Shown here one piece after another: positions 37,842 through 50,847 of a DNA stretch of 64,000 nt. Position 1 is the stretch's first letter. The number at the start of each line of letters is the position of its first letter. This DNA comes from Pavona decussata (Eukaryota): the NCBI GenBank assembly GCA_977016875.1, contig CDRNST010000093.1, forward strand, positions 310,001 through 374,000, written 5' to 3'. The notes beneath the pieces are model-generated. The model was not told where the DNA came from and searched no databases. It was given only the letters and a program-made list of their open reading frames with translations. The translations under genes and the position numbers were made by a program.

Positions 37842-40800
37842 TATTTTTGCTATAACTCTGAGTGACAAAACAGACGTTTATATATAGGATTTCATTCATG
37901 CATAGTGAGGGATTTCATGGTAACATCGCAAGAGAGTCTTTTTTAGCACCTTGTAAAGGGTAACCACTTAAGTAGTACAGTTTGTAGCGGAGAGTCCTTT
38001 TTGGCACTTTGTAAGGGTGACCAATTTAGTAGTGCATTTTTTTAGGCTTGATACTAGTACACTTAAAAGTGGAAATTGTGTTCATAGTTTGGAAAATCAA
38101 AAAGGCGGCTCAAACGACAACAAGATTAAATACAAGTTGAAAAATAAACCGATAAGTGAAGAAGACAACTAGCGTGGAAGTTAACGTTTGGTGCATAAAC
38201 TTTAAGTTAACCCTTATGACGTTCTTTCGCTTTACGTTTCTTTTCTTTCAACACAGGAATTGAGTTATGTCTTGGTAAACCACTTGATGACAGTCTTCTT
38301 CATGTCATTCACAGTGAGGTTCAACAACTTTCTGACTCGCTGGGAGTGCACAAAGATAGAGAAGAAAAAGATGTAAAAAGCATTTGTTCTACTCTTTCGT
38401 TATTTAAGTCTGAGTTTGACAGAGCCATTCGCTCGCTGGAACAGCAACAATCAAGTTTGCAAACAGGTTGTGAAGAGCTTAGGAACAGGCAAGATATTTT
38501 GCAAGAAGAAATGAGTACGAAAGACAAAGAACAGCAAGAACGCCTCAGGACATCCGAGTTGCACTGGAAATTGAGACAAGAACAAGTAGAAAACCTTTGT
38601 AAAGCAATGGAAGTCAAACGTGTTGCTATGCAAGGTGATTTGGACATACTGAGAACAAAGATGGACAGTTTGGCCTCTTCAGATGATTTCAAAGAGGTTG
38701 TGTTTGACGCTCCGGAACAAAACAAATGGTTTACAGGAAGAGAAAAAGAAGTAGACCTGCTTGAAAAATGCCTTCCGTTCGGGAGTGAGAGTGGATTGAA
38801 GATGGCGGCCATCTGCGGTCTTGGAGGATGTGGCAAGACAACTCTGGCAGCTCACTATGCGTGGAAGCATAAAACGACATACGAGGGAGGTGTTTATTGG
38901 ATATCCATGGAGGATGACAGAAAGTTGGAAAACTCCATGAATGACCTGGCGTTACGATTAGGAATGTTGGCAGAATCGTTCGATTTGACGCTCTCCAAGG
39001 TTCTAACGTGGATCGCCAACCTAAAAGTGCCATGGTTGCTGGTTCTTGATGACGTCGATCAACTGAATCTCTCTGAGCAAATGCACAAGATTTTGTCTGG
39101 TCGTTGGAAAAGGCAGGCAAGTAGCCACGTGCTGTTAACAACAAGACGTGAACCAAAGGAAGTTTGTGAGTCTGTAAATCTGGAGCCATCTTGCTGTGTT
39201 GGTGTATTTGCCTTCGCAGAAGACGAGGCCAAAAGGTTTGTTATCACCCGAAGTGGTGTTAGTGACTCTACGGGGCAAGAAGTGGCGTTAGATGAACTTG
39301 TTCGTGAACTTGGATGTCTCCCTCTTGCTTTAGAACAAGCTGGTGCGCACATCAAAGCCCTTCAATGCCCCGTCCGTAACTATACAGAGGAGTACAAAAC
39401 TCAACGGTTAAAGTTGTTGAAACAGCATCCACGGGCAAAGCCATCATGGGAATACGAGTCTGAAAATCGCCTGGCAGTGCACACCACATGGCTTTTAAAC
39501 TTTGAGTACGTAAGAAAATCATCGAATGGAGAGCTTGCATCCAGTTTTATTCAAGCTGCTGCTTTTTTAGAACCAAATGAAATCCAAGAAGAACTAATCA
39601 ACACTCAGCTGTTTTCTGCTGATTACCCATCGCGTGAAACGTCTGACGTTGATCTGGTGAAAAAGCAGATCATAGACATTTTGACTAAGTTTTCACTTTT
39701 TCAAAGAAAGGCTTACCGCTCCCTTGGGTTACACCGTCTAGTTCAGGAAGTAATTCGTAGCAGAATGAACAATAAAGAAACTGCGTCATCCTTGCGTAGA
39801 GCGGTGGCAATTCTTCATCATTCCTTCAATGTTTGCCCATCGCCTGACCAAATCCTTGCCGATATCACAGCAGGTGTAAAAGAACAAGCATCGGAGTCCG
39901 TCGCTAACCCCTCTCGTTTCCATTTGTGGTTGAAGTTAACAAGCCATGCTTCAGAGCTACAGCGGCATCTAAAGTCTTTTCTGGACCAAAAGGAAATCCA
40001 AAGGGATGTTAAAACGATGGTTTTAACTCGTGAAGCTTCTCGTGTTGTTTACGAAAGTGCGTTACAATTTAGCGTCCGTGGCCATCACGAGGAAGCAAAG
40101 GAAGCCGAACGATTTGCATTTCAGATTCTGGATTCGTGTGTGGCTGATAGCGTAACCGTAACAATCGAAGACCTCGCAAGGCTCTTCCCCCACACTCTAC
40201 CCCTTCCTCAAATATTGCAGAAAATAATTTTGTACTCGTCTCGTACCCCAACAAACAATGAGAACTTTGCAACTGATGATCAGAAATGTGTTTCTATAGA
40301 TGAGATTCGTCTACGAGGAAACACCTTTTTCAAAGATGAGCAGTTCGAAGAAGCAGTTGAGTCTTACACTGAAGCAATTGAAGCAAGCAAGCAGGCAAAA
40401 TGCCTGGATCCGCGTTTGTTTCACAATCGAGCAACTGCATATCTCAAACTGAGAAATTTTGAAAAATGCCTCCAAGATTCCGAGGAATATATCAAAATAC
40501 AGCCTAAATGCTGGAAAGGATACACTAGGAAAGCTTTAGCTTTACTTGGGCTTGGAAGAAAGGGTTCCGCAATGTGCTTTGCAGCTATTGCATACTCTCA
40601 CGACACAAGATCCTGTCGGCGTTATGAGGCTTTCCAAGGTGCTTTCAAATATATGGATGAAAAGTGGGAAATTGTTGACTCCTCTGAGGCCCTTAAGCGT
40701 TCCATTCTGCGAAACAAAAGCATCAACTTGGGAAAGAAAGTCCTACTTCTTACCAACGACCATTATGAAATAGTTGGTGGACGACATACCCAATTAAATG

Positions 40801-41070
40801 AGATGACTTTGGTTTTGAAGAATTCCGATGGTTCTAATGACATTGTGGACACCACATTGGCGGCTTATGGCGATGGAAAGGACGTTGTTATAAAATGTGA
40901 TGCACTTCGTTTCTGCAAGGAGTGCTTTATTCAAAACATCTCCTTTGAGGCACAAAGTACAATTTTTGTTGGACCGGATGGCGATGTGGAATTCACCAAC
41001 TGTAAATTTAAGAGCACCGACGCATCATTTTCAGCAATAGTAGTTTACGGAACAGCAAAGTTCATACAGT

Positions 41071-42104
41071 CATACCTGACATCTTTATCAGGACTTTCAA
41101 GGCACTTTACCATCAGAGCTCAAGCTGTGTTATAGAAGGCGGAAGGTACTCCAGCTGGTTTGAAGTGAAGAGTGGCGTGCGACAAGGGTGTGTGATGTCT
41201 GGCTTCATCTTTGTCCTGATCATGGACTGGGTCATGCGGCACACAAACGATAGAAGACGCGGCTTGAGATGGAAGTTTACATCGGTTCTAGAAGACCTGG
41301 ACTATGCTGATGATGTTGCTCTTCTCTCAAGCAGATTTGGTGATCTACAGGATAAGACTGACAGGCTAGTAGACATTGCTGGTATTGTGGGACTCAAGAT
41401 CAACCCACACAAAACAAAGACGCTTAGAATGAACCACAAATGCACAGACAACATCAAGGTAGAAGGAGAGGGTGTAGACGACGTGAAATCCTTTGTATAC
41501 CTAGGATCGGTGCTAGACAAACATGGTGGCACACAGGCAGACATCAAGAGGCGACTAGCAGTAGCCAGAAATGCATTTACCAGACTACAGAGCATCTGGA
41601 GGTCACAGAGATTCAGCAACAAGACCAAGCTGCGTATCCTGAACTCCAATGTGCTGTCTGTGTTACTGTATGGGGCCGCTATGTGGAGAATAACGACAGT
41701 TGATCTCAACAAACTTGATGTATTCCACCGCACATGCCTAAGAAGAGTATTAAGGAGATTTTGGCCCTACCATCTGAGCAACGAAGAGCTATATGAAGCA
41801 TCAGGGAGCATGCCAGTGTCCACCCTCATACAAGTGAGAAGGTGGCGTTGGATAGGCCACGTCTTGAGGAAAAGTCCTAACGACATCTCAAGGACTGCAC
41901 TAACGTGGGCACCCGAAGGTAAGAGGAAGCGAGGCCGGCCAAGGGAAACGTGGAGACGAACTGTGGAGAAAGAAAGGAATCAGCTGGGTTGGCAGTCATG
42001 GGAGGCTGCTGTCGCCTCGGCGGCAGACCGGGATGGGTGGCGCAATCTTCTCGCCGGCCTTAAGAGTCCACGTGGGCCCAAAGAGGATAAGTAAGTAAGT
42101 AAGT
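41071..42104 (+). mobile_element. 5'-truncated RTE-clade LINE with (TAAG)n tail and 14-bp TSD
   Basis: RT frame is open from 41072 to 42094 (IPDIFIRTFKALY..SGVRQGCVMS..LDYADD..FVYLGS..RRWRWIGHVLR..KRKRGRPRETW). Tail TAAGTAAGTAAGTAAGT at 42088-42104; TSD AAAGTTCATACAGT at 41057-70 and 42105-18. Confidence 0.95.
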
Positions 42105-43581
42105 AAAGTTCATACAGTGCACAGTCAGTGACAGCTTAGGAGGTGGAATTACAGTGGAAGGTCTGGAATCGTCAGCTTCATTGATAAAATGCAAAGTTAC
42201 TGGAAATGGTAAAAAACCATGGGAAACGTCAGGCATTAAAGCTTTTGCCGGCGGGCGCTTAGACATTCATGAGTGCCTGATCAATGGAAACACTGAAGGA
42301 GTTCATGTTTTTTACTTGTCATGGCAAAATGGTGGTTTGGCGAAGGAAGTCTTGATAGAAGATTCCGAAATTTACGACAACAAATACGAAGGTGTTCGTG
42401 TAGCTGGAGCTCAAAATTCGAGTTGTCCTGTAACCATACGCAGGAATAAAATTTACCACAACAATGGGCATGGCGTTGAGGTGTCATTCCATGCTAAAAA
42501 CGTACGTTTGCAGGAAAACACTATTTTCGAAAACTTCTGGTGGGGAATTTGGGTGCAGTGCAACTCCAGTGGTTACTACGATGGTAACGAGATTTGTAAC
42601 AACAAGATGGGTGGAATGCGAGTAGGAAAGCAAAGTCCAGGAAAACCAGCATGTGTGGTGGAAAAAAATTTTATTCATGACAACTGTGGACCTGCCTTTC
42701 ACGAAGCATTGCATGTTTTTGAATACTTTTCTTTTCCAGATGATCTTCAGGAGCACTTCCTAAGACACGAGCAGAGAAACCAAGAGTGTTTGCTTGGCGC
42801 CAAGAGAACCGAATTTAAAATCGATGTTTCCTGTCCTAACGTAGTCTTAGCAGAGTTCAAGTCCAACAACCAGTGCGATCGAAATTCCATACCAAAGGCC
42901 AACTTACAGTCAACTTCTTCGAAAACAAACTGTGCCTTTTGTTTTCGGCGCGAAGTTAAATTAAAATGCTGCAAGAGTTGTATGACAGCAAGGTATTGTG
43001 GAAAGGAATGCCAGACGCTCCATTGGGGAAGGCACAAGTACATCTGTGCGGCTATAGCACAAAGAAACGCCATAGAGGTTTCGATTCCTGTCTGTGATGG
43101 TATTCAAACTCGAATTTGTACAACACATCCCAGTCTTGATCCAACGGGACCCCGCTATGCACCCCGTCCTCGAAAAGATGGAACCCGTTTTGTTGTCAAA
43201 ATTCAAACTTTCGAGGGGTTGTTTGCAGGTGTATGCCTTGATTCTAGAGGATATGTTAGTGATGAATACAATCCTGAAAAAGCGAGCATGACTATTTATG
43301 ACCGCAGCCGCTACGTCGATTTTAAAACTTCTAAACAGCCGCGGCTTTATCATTTAGTCATGGAGTGTGGCGTAATGGGATCCAGCATGTACCTCGCCAA
43401 GAAGCTGTTTTGTTGGGCAGCATACAAAGATGGTAAAACCCTTCGAATTTTCACTCACGAGTTTCCACCCGTTCAGAAGTGGTGATAGGCGCTAAGCATT
43501 GGGATTAGCGGGCGTTATGAGGTGCAATGGAATTTGTGGTTCCTTATCTCTTGTTGATTCGAGCTAGCCTAGTACATTTGC

Positions 43582-44990
43582 AATGACGCAAAGTTCGAAA
43601 ACTTTATGAATGACCTGGCGTTGCGATTAGGAATGTTGGCAGAATCGTTCGATTTGACGCTCTCCAAGGTTCTAACTTGGATCGCTTAATACTGGAAATG
43701 GCCAAAAACCACGAGAAATGTCAGGCATTAAAGTGTTTGCCAGTGGGCGCTTAGACGTTCATGACGGTGCCTGATCCATGGAAGCACTGAATTAGTTCAT
43801 GTTTTTTACTTGTTATGGGAAAATGGTGGTTTAGCGAAGGAAGCCTTGATAGCAGCTTCCGACATTTAAGACAACAAATACAAAGGTGTTCGTGTAGCTG
43901 GGGCTCAAAATTCGAGCTACCCTGTAATCTTTCGCGGGAATAAAATTTACCACAACAATGGGCATGGCGTTGAGGTGACACTCCATGCTAAAAACGTGCA
44001 TTTGCAGAAAAAAACACTTTTTTTGAAAACTTCTGATGAGGAATTTGGGTGCAGTGCAATTCCAGTGGTTACTTCGAAGGTAACGAGATTTGTAACAACA
44101 AGATGGGTGGAATGCGAGTAGGAAAGCAAAGTCCAGGAAAACCAGCATGTGTGGTGGGAAAAAATTTTATTCATGACAACTGTGGACCTGCCTTTCATGA
44201 AGCATTGCAATTTTTTGAACGTATTTCTTTTCCAGACGATCTTCAAGTGCACTTCCTAAGACACGAATAGGGAAACATAAAGTGATTGTTGAGGGACAAG
44301 AGAACCGAATTTAAAATCGATGTTTCCTGTCCTAACGTAGTTTTGGCAGAGTTCAAGTCCAACAACCAGTGCGAGCGGAATTCCATATCAAAGGCCAACT
44401 TACAGTCAACTTCTTCGAAAACAAACTGTGCCTTTTGTTTCCGGTGCGAAGTTGAATTAAAATGCTGCGAGCGTTGTATGACAGCAAGGTATTGTGGAAA
44501 GGAATGCCAGACGCTCCATTGGGGAAGGCACAAGTACGTCTGTGCGGCTATAGCACAAAGAAACGCAATAGAGGTTTCAATTCCAGTCTGTAATGGTTTT
44601 GAAGTTCGAATTGGTACAACACATCCCAGCCTGGAACCAACGGGACCCCGCTACGCATCCCCTTCTCCAAAAGATGGAACCAGTTTTGTTGTCAAAATTC
44701 AAACTTTCGAGGGGTTATAGTGTGGCACATACCTTGATCCTAGAGGATATCTTAGTGATGAATACAATTCTGAAAATTAAAAGCGAGCATGACTATTTAT
44801 GACCGCAGCCGCTACGCCGATTTTAAAACTTCTAAACAGCCGCGGCTTTAATTATCATTTAGTCATGGAGTGCGGCGTAATGGGATCCACCATGTACCTC
44901 GCCAAGAAGCTATTTTGTTGGGCAGCATACAAAGATGGTAAAACCCTTCGAATTTTCACTCACGAGTTTCCACCCTTCCAGAAGTGGTAA
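43582..44990 (+). pseudogene. Internally deleted pseudogene copy: ~100 bp of NB-ARC fused to beta-helix, MYND and C-terminal domain
   Basis: 43582-43685 matches the NB-ARC segment MNDLALRLGMLAESFDLTLSKVLTWI of copies 3/4. 43688-44990 parallels 42198-43485 with stops and frameshifts (ORF pieces at 44049, 44286 and 44799). The 3' flank is also duplicated to about 45065. Confidence 0.88.
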
Positions 44991-45882
44991 TAGGCGCTAA
45001 GCATTGGGATTATCAGGCGTGATGGGGTGCGATGGAATTTGTGGTTCCCTTGTCTCTTGTCGATTCAACAGATTCAGCATTTGCACTGAGGCTTAGTAGG
45101 GTACCGGACCTTTTTACAGGACCGGTGTAAAAAGGTAAAAAGGTGTAAAGTGTACATTTGTCTCTGTCTTCTCCTTTCGATGTTAGTGGTCGCGATATGG
45201 AAGACATCAGCTAGAATGTAAGAATCTATACCTTGTTACACGGAAATTAACCCGGCCGACTTAAGGTTATTTTAAAATATGAATGCTGTTCTCTCTTAGT
45301 CTATGAAGTCAGAAAACTTTGATGTTGATACATTCCAAAGGCCATTGCGTTCCAAATAGACTGATACAAAACCAAGAACGTTGAGTCTGGGATTTTCCAA
45401 GACGTTAATAACACTCCAAGAGCCCTATTATGATGGCTGATATTGACTTGGGGGCCTTTTTTTACATTTTTCGTTTAAGAAGTTGAGAAATTTGTCACCT
45501 CCTGGTGTATCTTACGTCAGCGCAAGGTTAACAACGTTTTATTTCCAGGTTCAAATGGCCGCAAATTAAGGACACGAACTTTCAGCTCAGCTTGAACTCC
45601 AGTTTTCGATGTTTTTTATTAAAAGAAACTGAGCGTATTCAAAGGTTGAGTGAGTGAGTGAATGTGTATTTCCCGGCTATAACTGAAGTACACACTGGAA
45701 CGTGCTACATATAAAATTGCTTTGGAAGTGAGGACTAAAGAAACCCTCAAGGGCTTTTACAAAGTAGTCCCGCTTTTAGTTACTTACACTCTATATAAAT
45801 CATTTAGTTGCAAATTGGTATCAGTGCACAATTATCAGATCTCATACGTGTAATTACAATAATAGTACTTACTGAACTATAA

Positions 45883-46130
45883 CTAGCATGTGAAAGGATA
45901 AACTGTTTTAATTTCCTTTTGAATATTTTTATAGATGCTGAAAAATTGTCTGATGTTAAACGGTATTCTATTCCAGATATCAATCATCTTGTTTCTTGCA
46001 GAGAATTTACCATAATTGGTTAGGCTAACAATCTTATGTGGAGTTGTGCATTTTCCATACAAAAGGTGTTGAAATAAAATGGGAGTAATTAGAAAATCAT
46101 TTATTTGAAAAATGTTTAAAAGACCTAAAT
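45883..46130 (-). mobile_element. Highly degenerate LINE 3' remnant
   Basis: TNYGKFS..IWNRIP..IRQ resembles the terminal motif of CR1/L2-type ORF2. Confidence 0.4.
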
Positions 46131-46254
46131 GACTAAACACCGGAAGAGGTGGTGCTGTGAGAACGAAGTTAGAGAAATACAAGCTGACTTATTAAAGTCA
46201 CGAAAATGAACGTTCAAGGAAAATAATGCGACAGACTGAATGCACTGAATGCGC

Positions 46255-46360
46255 AGCCTTTCAAATGTTATTCTGTTACCTGGAGCCTGAAATCGAGCTT
46301 GAATAACATTCGTACCAATGACATCGGTGCAGTGCTCTACCAACTGGGCTTTCAAGTCAA
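46255..46360 (-). mobile_element. tRNA-derived SINE-like remnant
   Basis: Minus strand reads AGCCCAGTTGGTAGAGCACTGCACC (A-box/D-arm-like) followed by a decayed B-box region; there is no complete cloverleaf. Confidence 0.5.
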
Positions 46361-48575
46361 CTATGAGCTCTCTCGTACGAACTGGTGACGAATGAATAAA
46401 TGAACCAGCATGAGAGTGAAACTTATGAACAGTGATTTATATGACCTGTGGATGAGTGCTACAAAGCTCAAAACGGATGGGAACGTTCTTAACGAGGACA
46501 GATCTAGACATGAAGCAATGCATTATATATAATTTATCCTTTCCCGCATTTTTCATGAATCGCTCGCCAACGAGGTTTCTCAACGAATTATGCATGCATT
46601 GTTTCTCTTAAATACTATTGAACTGAATGGATGTGTACGCTGTGAATCACTGTTGAACGTCTAACAAATGCTAACGTAAATGCTAGTACAAAGACGACAA
46701 GAAGAGCACAACTCCACCATCAGAACGCAATCTCAAAAAGATGCACCACATAACGTTTGCAAAGTCCACAATGCTTTTCATAAAAAATAACGCTATTAAA
46801 ACCAGAACTTACCCCCAGGACTCTGGGAACCCAATCCAATTTTTTTTTCGATTTCCCCAGAGTCTCTCCAGATGACAAACCACTAGCCAAAAGACCTGCG
46901 AATTCTGGGTACGAGATGGAAAATACGCTGAAGTAAAAAGTAAATATAAGTTCGGTTTTGCAATATCAACGAGTAAGAGAAAACGTTGAGTATTTATTTT
47001 GTTTGGGGTATCACTTTTGTCAACATCTTTTAAGACCTGTAAACTGTAACGTCACAGGAAAAAAAATCTAAAATCTCAATTTTACTCGCTCCTAGACAAG
47101 CTTTACTGTAGCTGTGGTGCAATTTATTTTGCCGTACAAGATGGCTCTGGACAAAACCCTAAACTGCGACCATTCAAATGAAAGCTGATGTAAATTGTCT
47201 TGTGGTACGGGTGTTTTATTTGTTTTTACATTTTCCGTTTAAGAAGTTGAGAAATTTGTCGTCGGTCTTCTTATGGAATCTGTAGAAAATTTTAGGGTTA
47301 TGTCCGCTGCTCAAACACAACAAAGTTGTAACATAAACTGCATATTCTTGAAAACAAAGCGTAACTCGAAAAAGGTATTGTTTCTACGTTATGATATGAA
47401 AAGTTGATACTATATACTTCCGGTGGCGTCCTATGGTGTAACATACGCCAGCGGAAGGTTAACAACATTTCATTTCCAGGTTCAAATGGCCGAAAATTAG
47501 GGACATGAGGTTTCAGCTCAGCCTGAACTCCAGTTTTACTTAAAATATTGAAATCGTGAATTCATGTCGCCAGCTGAGCAATCACTTTTAATATGAAATT
47601 CTTACTTGAGCAGCAATAATTCTAAAAATCTTAAAATACATGACTGTGTATGAAGCTTATATATCTTTGAAATGCATGGCTACCCCCAATTTGCTTTTAA
47701 CATTGCAATACTCGTTGCTATAAAATCTGCTTTTGCCACATAAACTGCGCAAAAATACTTTTGTGTTTTAGTTAGTAGTTGAGGACCCAAGTTTCTCGGA
47801 TCATCCGAAGATGCGCAGAACGTCTACACAGCAGTAAAAAGAGGCGCCGTCCTTAACTGAGTGAACGTATTAAGACTGTTAAGAAGGTAAATTGTAGGAA
47901 AAGGTAAGAGCGTGCACCATGAAGACTGTTAGCAGTAAGGTGCCCGTATTAACCTTTCTGCCCTAAAAAAATAATAACACAAAAACTAGAACCATGTCAA
48001 CTACAAATTGGAAGAGTTTCTTCCAGTCACTGCTCTGCACCATGAGCTTAGGCAGAGCTTTCGTTGGTAGTTCGGTATCCTGTTCCAGCTGGCTGATCAA
48101 TATACGTCATTACTGGCCGATCTCTGGACCTTCTGAGTCACTCTTCTGGCTGGTTCCAAAACAGCAACAGCGGTTCAACCCTGGGAGGGGGGTGGGGACT
48201 GAAATATTTTAAAATTTTCTCCAGTCGGGCGGGTTAAAGTTGAAATACCGTTTCCACCTAGCCAGATGCAGGTGAGAGTCTCTCCCTTTCGCATAGGCCT
48301 CTTTCGTGCTCGAGTGGAGACAAATACGGGACTGGGGAGAGTGAAATAACAAGGAGTACGGGGAACGATGGGAATCGAGAAGACTGAAAGGGGGCTTTAC
48401 TCGCTCTTCCCATCGTCCCCCGCGCCCTCTTTCTCTCCATTTTCGTTTTTCTTCTCATTTCCGACTTTTCGCTCCTTTGTTTATCAAGGGGCCTCTGCGG
48501 AGGAGAGAGGGTGAGAGTGTATGAGAAGCAAACCAAACTGATTGCAGGGCTCATTTCTTCGGTTAAGGCCATCTG

Positions 48576-48816
48576 GCCCCAGTTGTTCAAAGGCCGGATA
48601 TTCCTTTATCCGGTGGATAAGGCGCTTTTCAGGTTCTAAAAAGTACTTCACGTTAAATGTTGTCCAAGGTTTTCGTACACTCCCAAACTAAGCTGTGGTT
48701 AGAGTGTTCATATTCGCTTGTACAAGAGGAAATACTGAAATCTTTGCACAGATTGAAACTGTCGGATAGTGACTTATCCACTGAATAAAGTTATCCGGCC
48801 TTTGAACAACTGGGGC
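48576..48816. mobile_element. PIF/Harbinger-type MITE with perfect 25-bp TIRs and CTG TSD
   Basis: GCCCCAGTTGTTCAAAGGCCGGATA / TATCCGGCCTTTGAACAACTGGGGC, flanked by CTG on both sides. The empty site ccgtCTGgtggcaaag is at ~10225-10240. Confidence 0.85.
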
Positions 48817-48999
48817 CTGGTGCCAAAGTTTTACTCTCTCTATGAGGTAGGCCACTCTCACTTTACGTCGGGATCCGTTGTTGTTGGGCCGGAGAGTGTA
48901 TATTTCTGTGCATACTTTAAACAAACAAAAAAATTAAGTTTAGTTGCGTCGTTTCTGGTGTTTTGTCGTGACGTTGGCGTGACATGCTTGGCGGTGCAT

Positions 49000-49308
49000 G
49001 CATGCAATGTCCCGGATTTGGTGACGTCAAGACAGTCACGCGAAGGAAGACAAATTACTTTTGCTTTCACTGTCGGCAGCTGGTTCTTGGTACCCCTCCG
49101 AGAATTTTGATCTAAAAGGATTCTGAAAAAAGTCTAACACGAAGAAACGTTAGAGGATAGACGAAGAAAACCAACGAAAGAAGTGCATTGTGGTCCTAGT
49201 TAGTAAAGGTTGGAAACCAACCTCGAGATTCCGAGAATCTGTTTGTAACCCCCAGGAAGTCCTAATACAGCAAAATCTGCTGAGCAAGTGCATTCATACT
49301 TGGTAAGT
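49000..49308 (+). promoter_or_regulatory. Putative promoter and first exon (type A) of copy 4
   Basis: TGACGTCA at 49022-29; ISRE-like ACTTTTGCTTTCAC at 49057-70 (one change versus copy 1); donor GTAAGT at 49303; acceptor AG at 50758-59. Confidence 0.5.
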
Positions 49309-50847
49309 AAGCACTCATTCAGCTCATCGCGGTTTCATGAAGCGAAATAACGTTTTAAAACTCCAGTTAAGCATGCCAAGTGCCAAAGGACGCTTTGTCA
49401 ACACGCGCGCAAGCTATCGAGCGGAACAAAGTCCTTAAAATATTTGACTGCGAGTGCAGTTGACAACCGAACATGTCTGTTTAGTTGGTCTGTGAGGGTT
49501 CCTTGTCGGCTAATATAGTTAGATGTACTAAAGAGAATGTAAGAGATTATGTTCTCACAGCCAGCTTTTCTTCACGAAAGACGGATATTGAATCCGTTCC
49601 AGACGATCCAGAATGCTTAAAATTCATGTCTGATAGAACACCCTCGTCGCCGTGTCACGGTTTGCTGACTATTATAATCATACAAGACACTTATTAAATC
49701 CATTCTTCGAGTTACGACGGTGACTCCAGTTGAGATCGAAATTGAAATAATCAGTCCATTCCAAAATAATAAGGCCCACTGTTTTATACTCTTGTCCAGC
49801 ATTATTATTCCTTAATCCCTCCTAATTAAAATTCTTAATGAGATGGACTCAAGTAATTATAGACCTATTTCACTACTATCTAATTTTAACAGGATCTTCG
49901 AAAAATTAAAGTTCAAACACCACGAGTTGAAGTCTTATCTGAACAATCTTACAATATTCAAGGCCCCTGTTCGCAGGATTCCGGTACACAGAAACTCTTT
50001 TACTATGCGGCATTCTATTTCTCTTTAAGTTTGCCTAAGAACGGTAAACATGGGTAAATTATTCTTAATACCACAGTTGAGTGATCAAGTATGACTCAAA
50101 TTGACAGACACTGTTTAGGCATAGTAAGATTCTGTGACGAAAACGGGCGTCACATCTCAAACCGTTAAAATTTAAATTGAAAATAACAAATAACGATACC
50201 AAGCAGAGGAAACAAAAAACTAGTGCACGTTTGTAACTTATTGGAGCCCGAAAAAGCCTTTGTTGGTAGATTTCGAACTTTCAAACTCTCGAGAACAGTT
50301 CATTCAAGACACGTGATTAACATTCGCTCCAACCATATGCAAATTACATTCAAATCTCTACGTGACAAGGATTTTAATTTCTCACGATATCGTCTTGCTC
50401 CCCTCTCTTTCGGCTTCAAGCAACTACACAGACCCACATATTACACACGCACAACTCTCACGCTCCACAACCTTGCACGAGGTTCCTTTCGTGGAGTGTA
50501 TAATTATTTATTTTGGGGTAAATTCTGCTATTCTACCTCTTCTAACAACGGTGATCAGACAAACACGTATTATGCGCTTCTAACAAGGTTCACCGTCAGT
50601 TTTTCCGCTACAAAGGTTCCCAGCGCTGTCTCAGCCTAGTTCGCGAAAACGGCAGGAAATCATGCTTTCATGATGTTGCCAGTGTTGTAACAATGCAGTG
50701 CAGTGTTTCAACTAGGCGTAGTACTGAAAATTCACTATCAAACGCTCTCATTATTGTAGGCCCTGTCTCCAGTTAAGAACAAGTGAGAACATTGAACAAT
50801 TGAACCAGCTCGTATTAAATGAAGTGAAAAGATGGACAACTACTAAC

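Larger units (their letters stand above)
36545..43485 (+). pseudogene. NLR-like STAND copy 3 interrupted by a LINE; pre-insertion CDS join(36545..37133,38257..41070,42119..43485), 1589 aa; as assembled it ends at 41135 (1155 aa)
   Basis: Donor AAG|GTATGA at 37134, acceptor acacAG at 38256. RNEWAH, NB-ARC and TPR are intact. Removing 41071-42118 restores GTAKFIQ-C-TVSDSLGGG in frame with ORF 42154..43485, which has no other lesions. Confidence 0.88.
48013..50847 (+). repeat. Upstream region of copy 4, paralogous to the upstream region of copy 1 (~9266-12227)
   Basis: Colinear similarity from ttcttccagtca.tgctctgcacc to the ATG; the regions differ by the Penelope insertion (copy 1) and a MITE (copy 4). 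Confidence 0.88.

Noticed and set aside
41165-42094. RT as a functional component of the system (retron-like or DGR-like diversifier)
   Set aside because: It is 5'-truncated, flanked by a TSD, has a tandem-repeat tail, disrupts the host frame and is absent from the other copies. It is an ordinary LINE insertion.
45389-45398. NF-kB consensus GGGATTTTCC
   Set aside because: A single 10-mer far from the inferred promoters and not conserved in paralogous positions; plausibly a chance match.
46255-46360. Possible tRNA genes here and at ~57230-57275
   Set aside because: Only partial A/B-box similarity and no full cloverleaf; better explained as SINE remnants.
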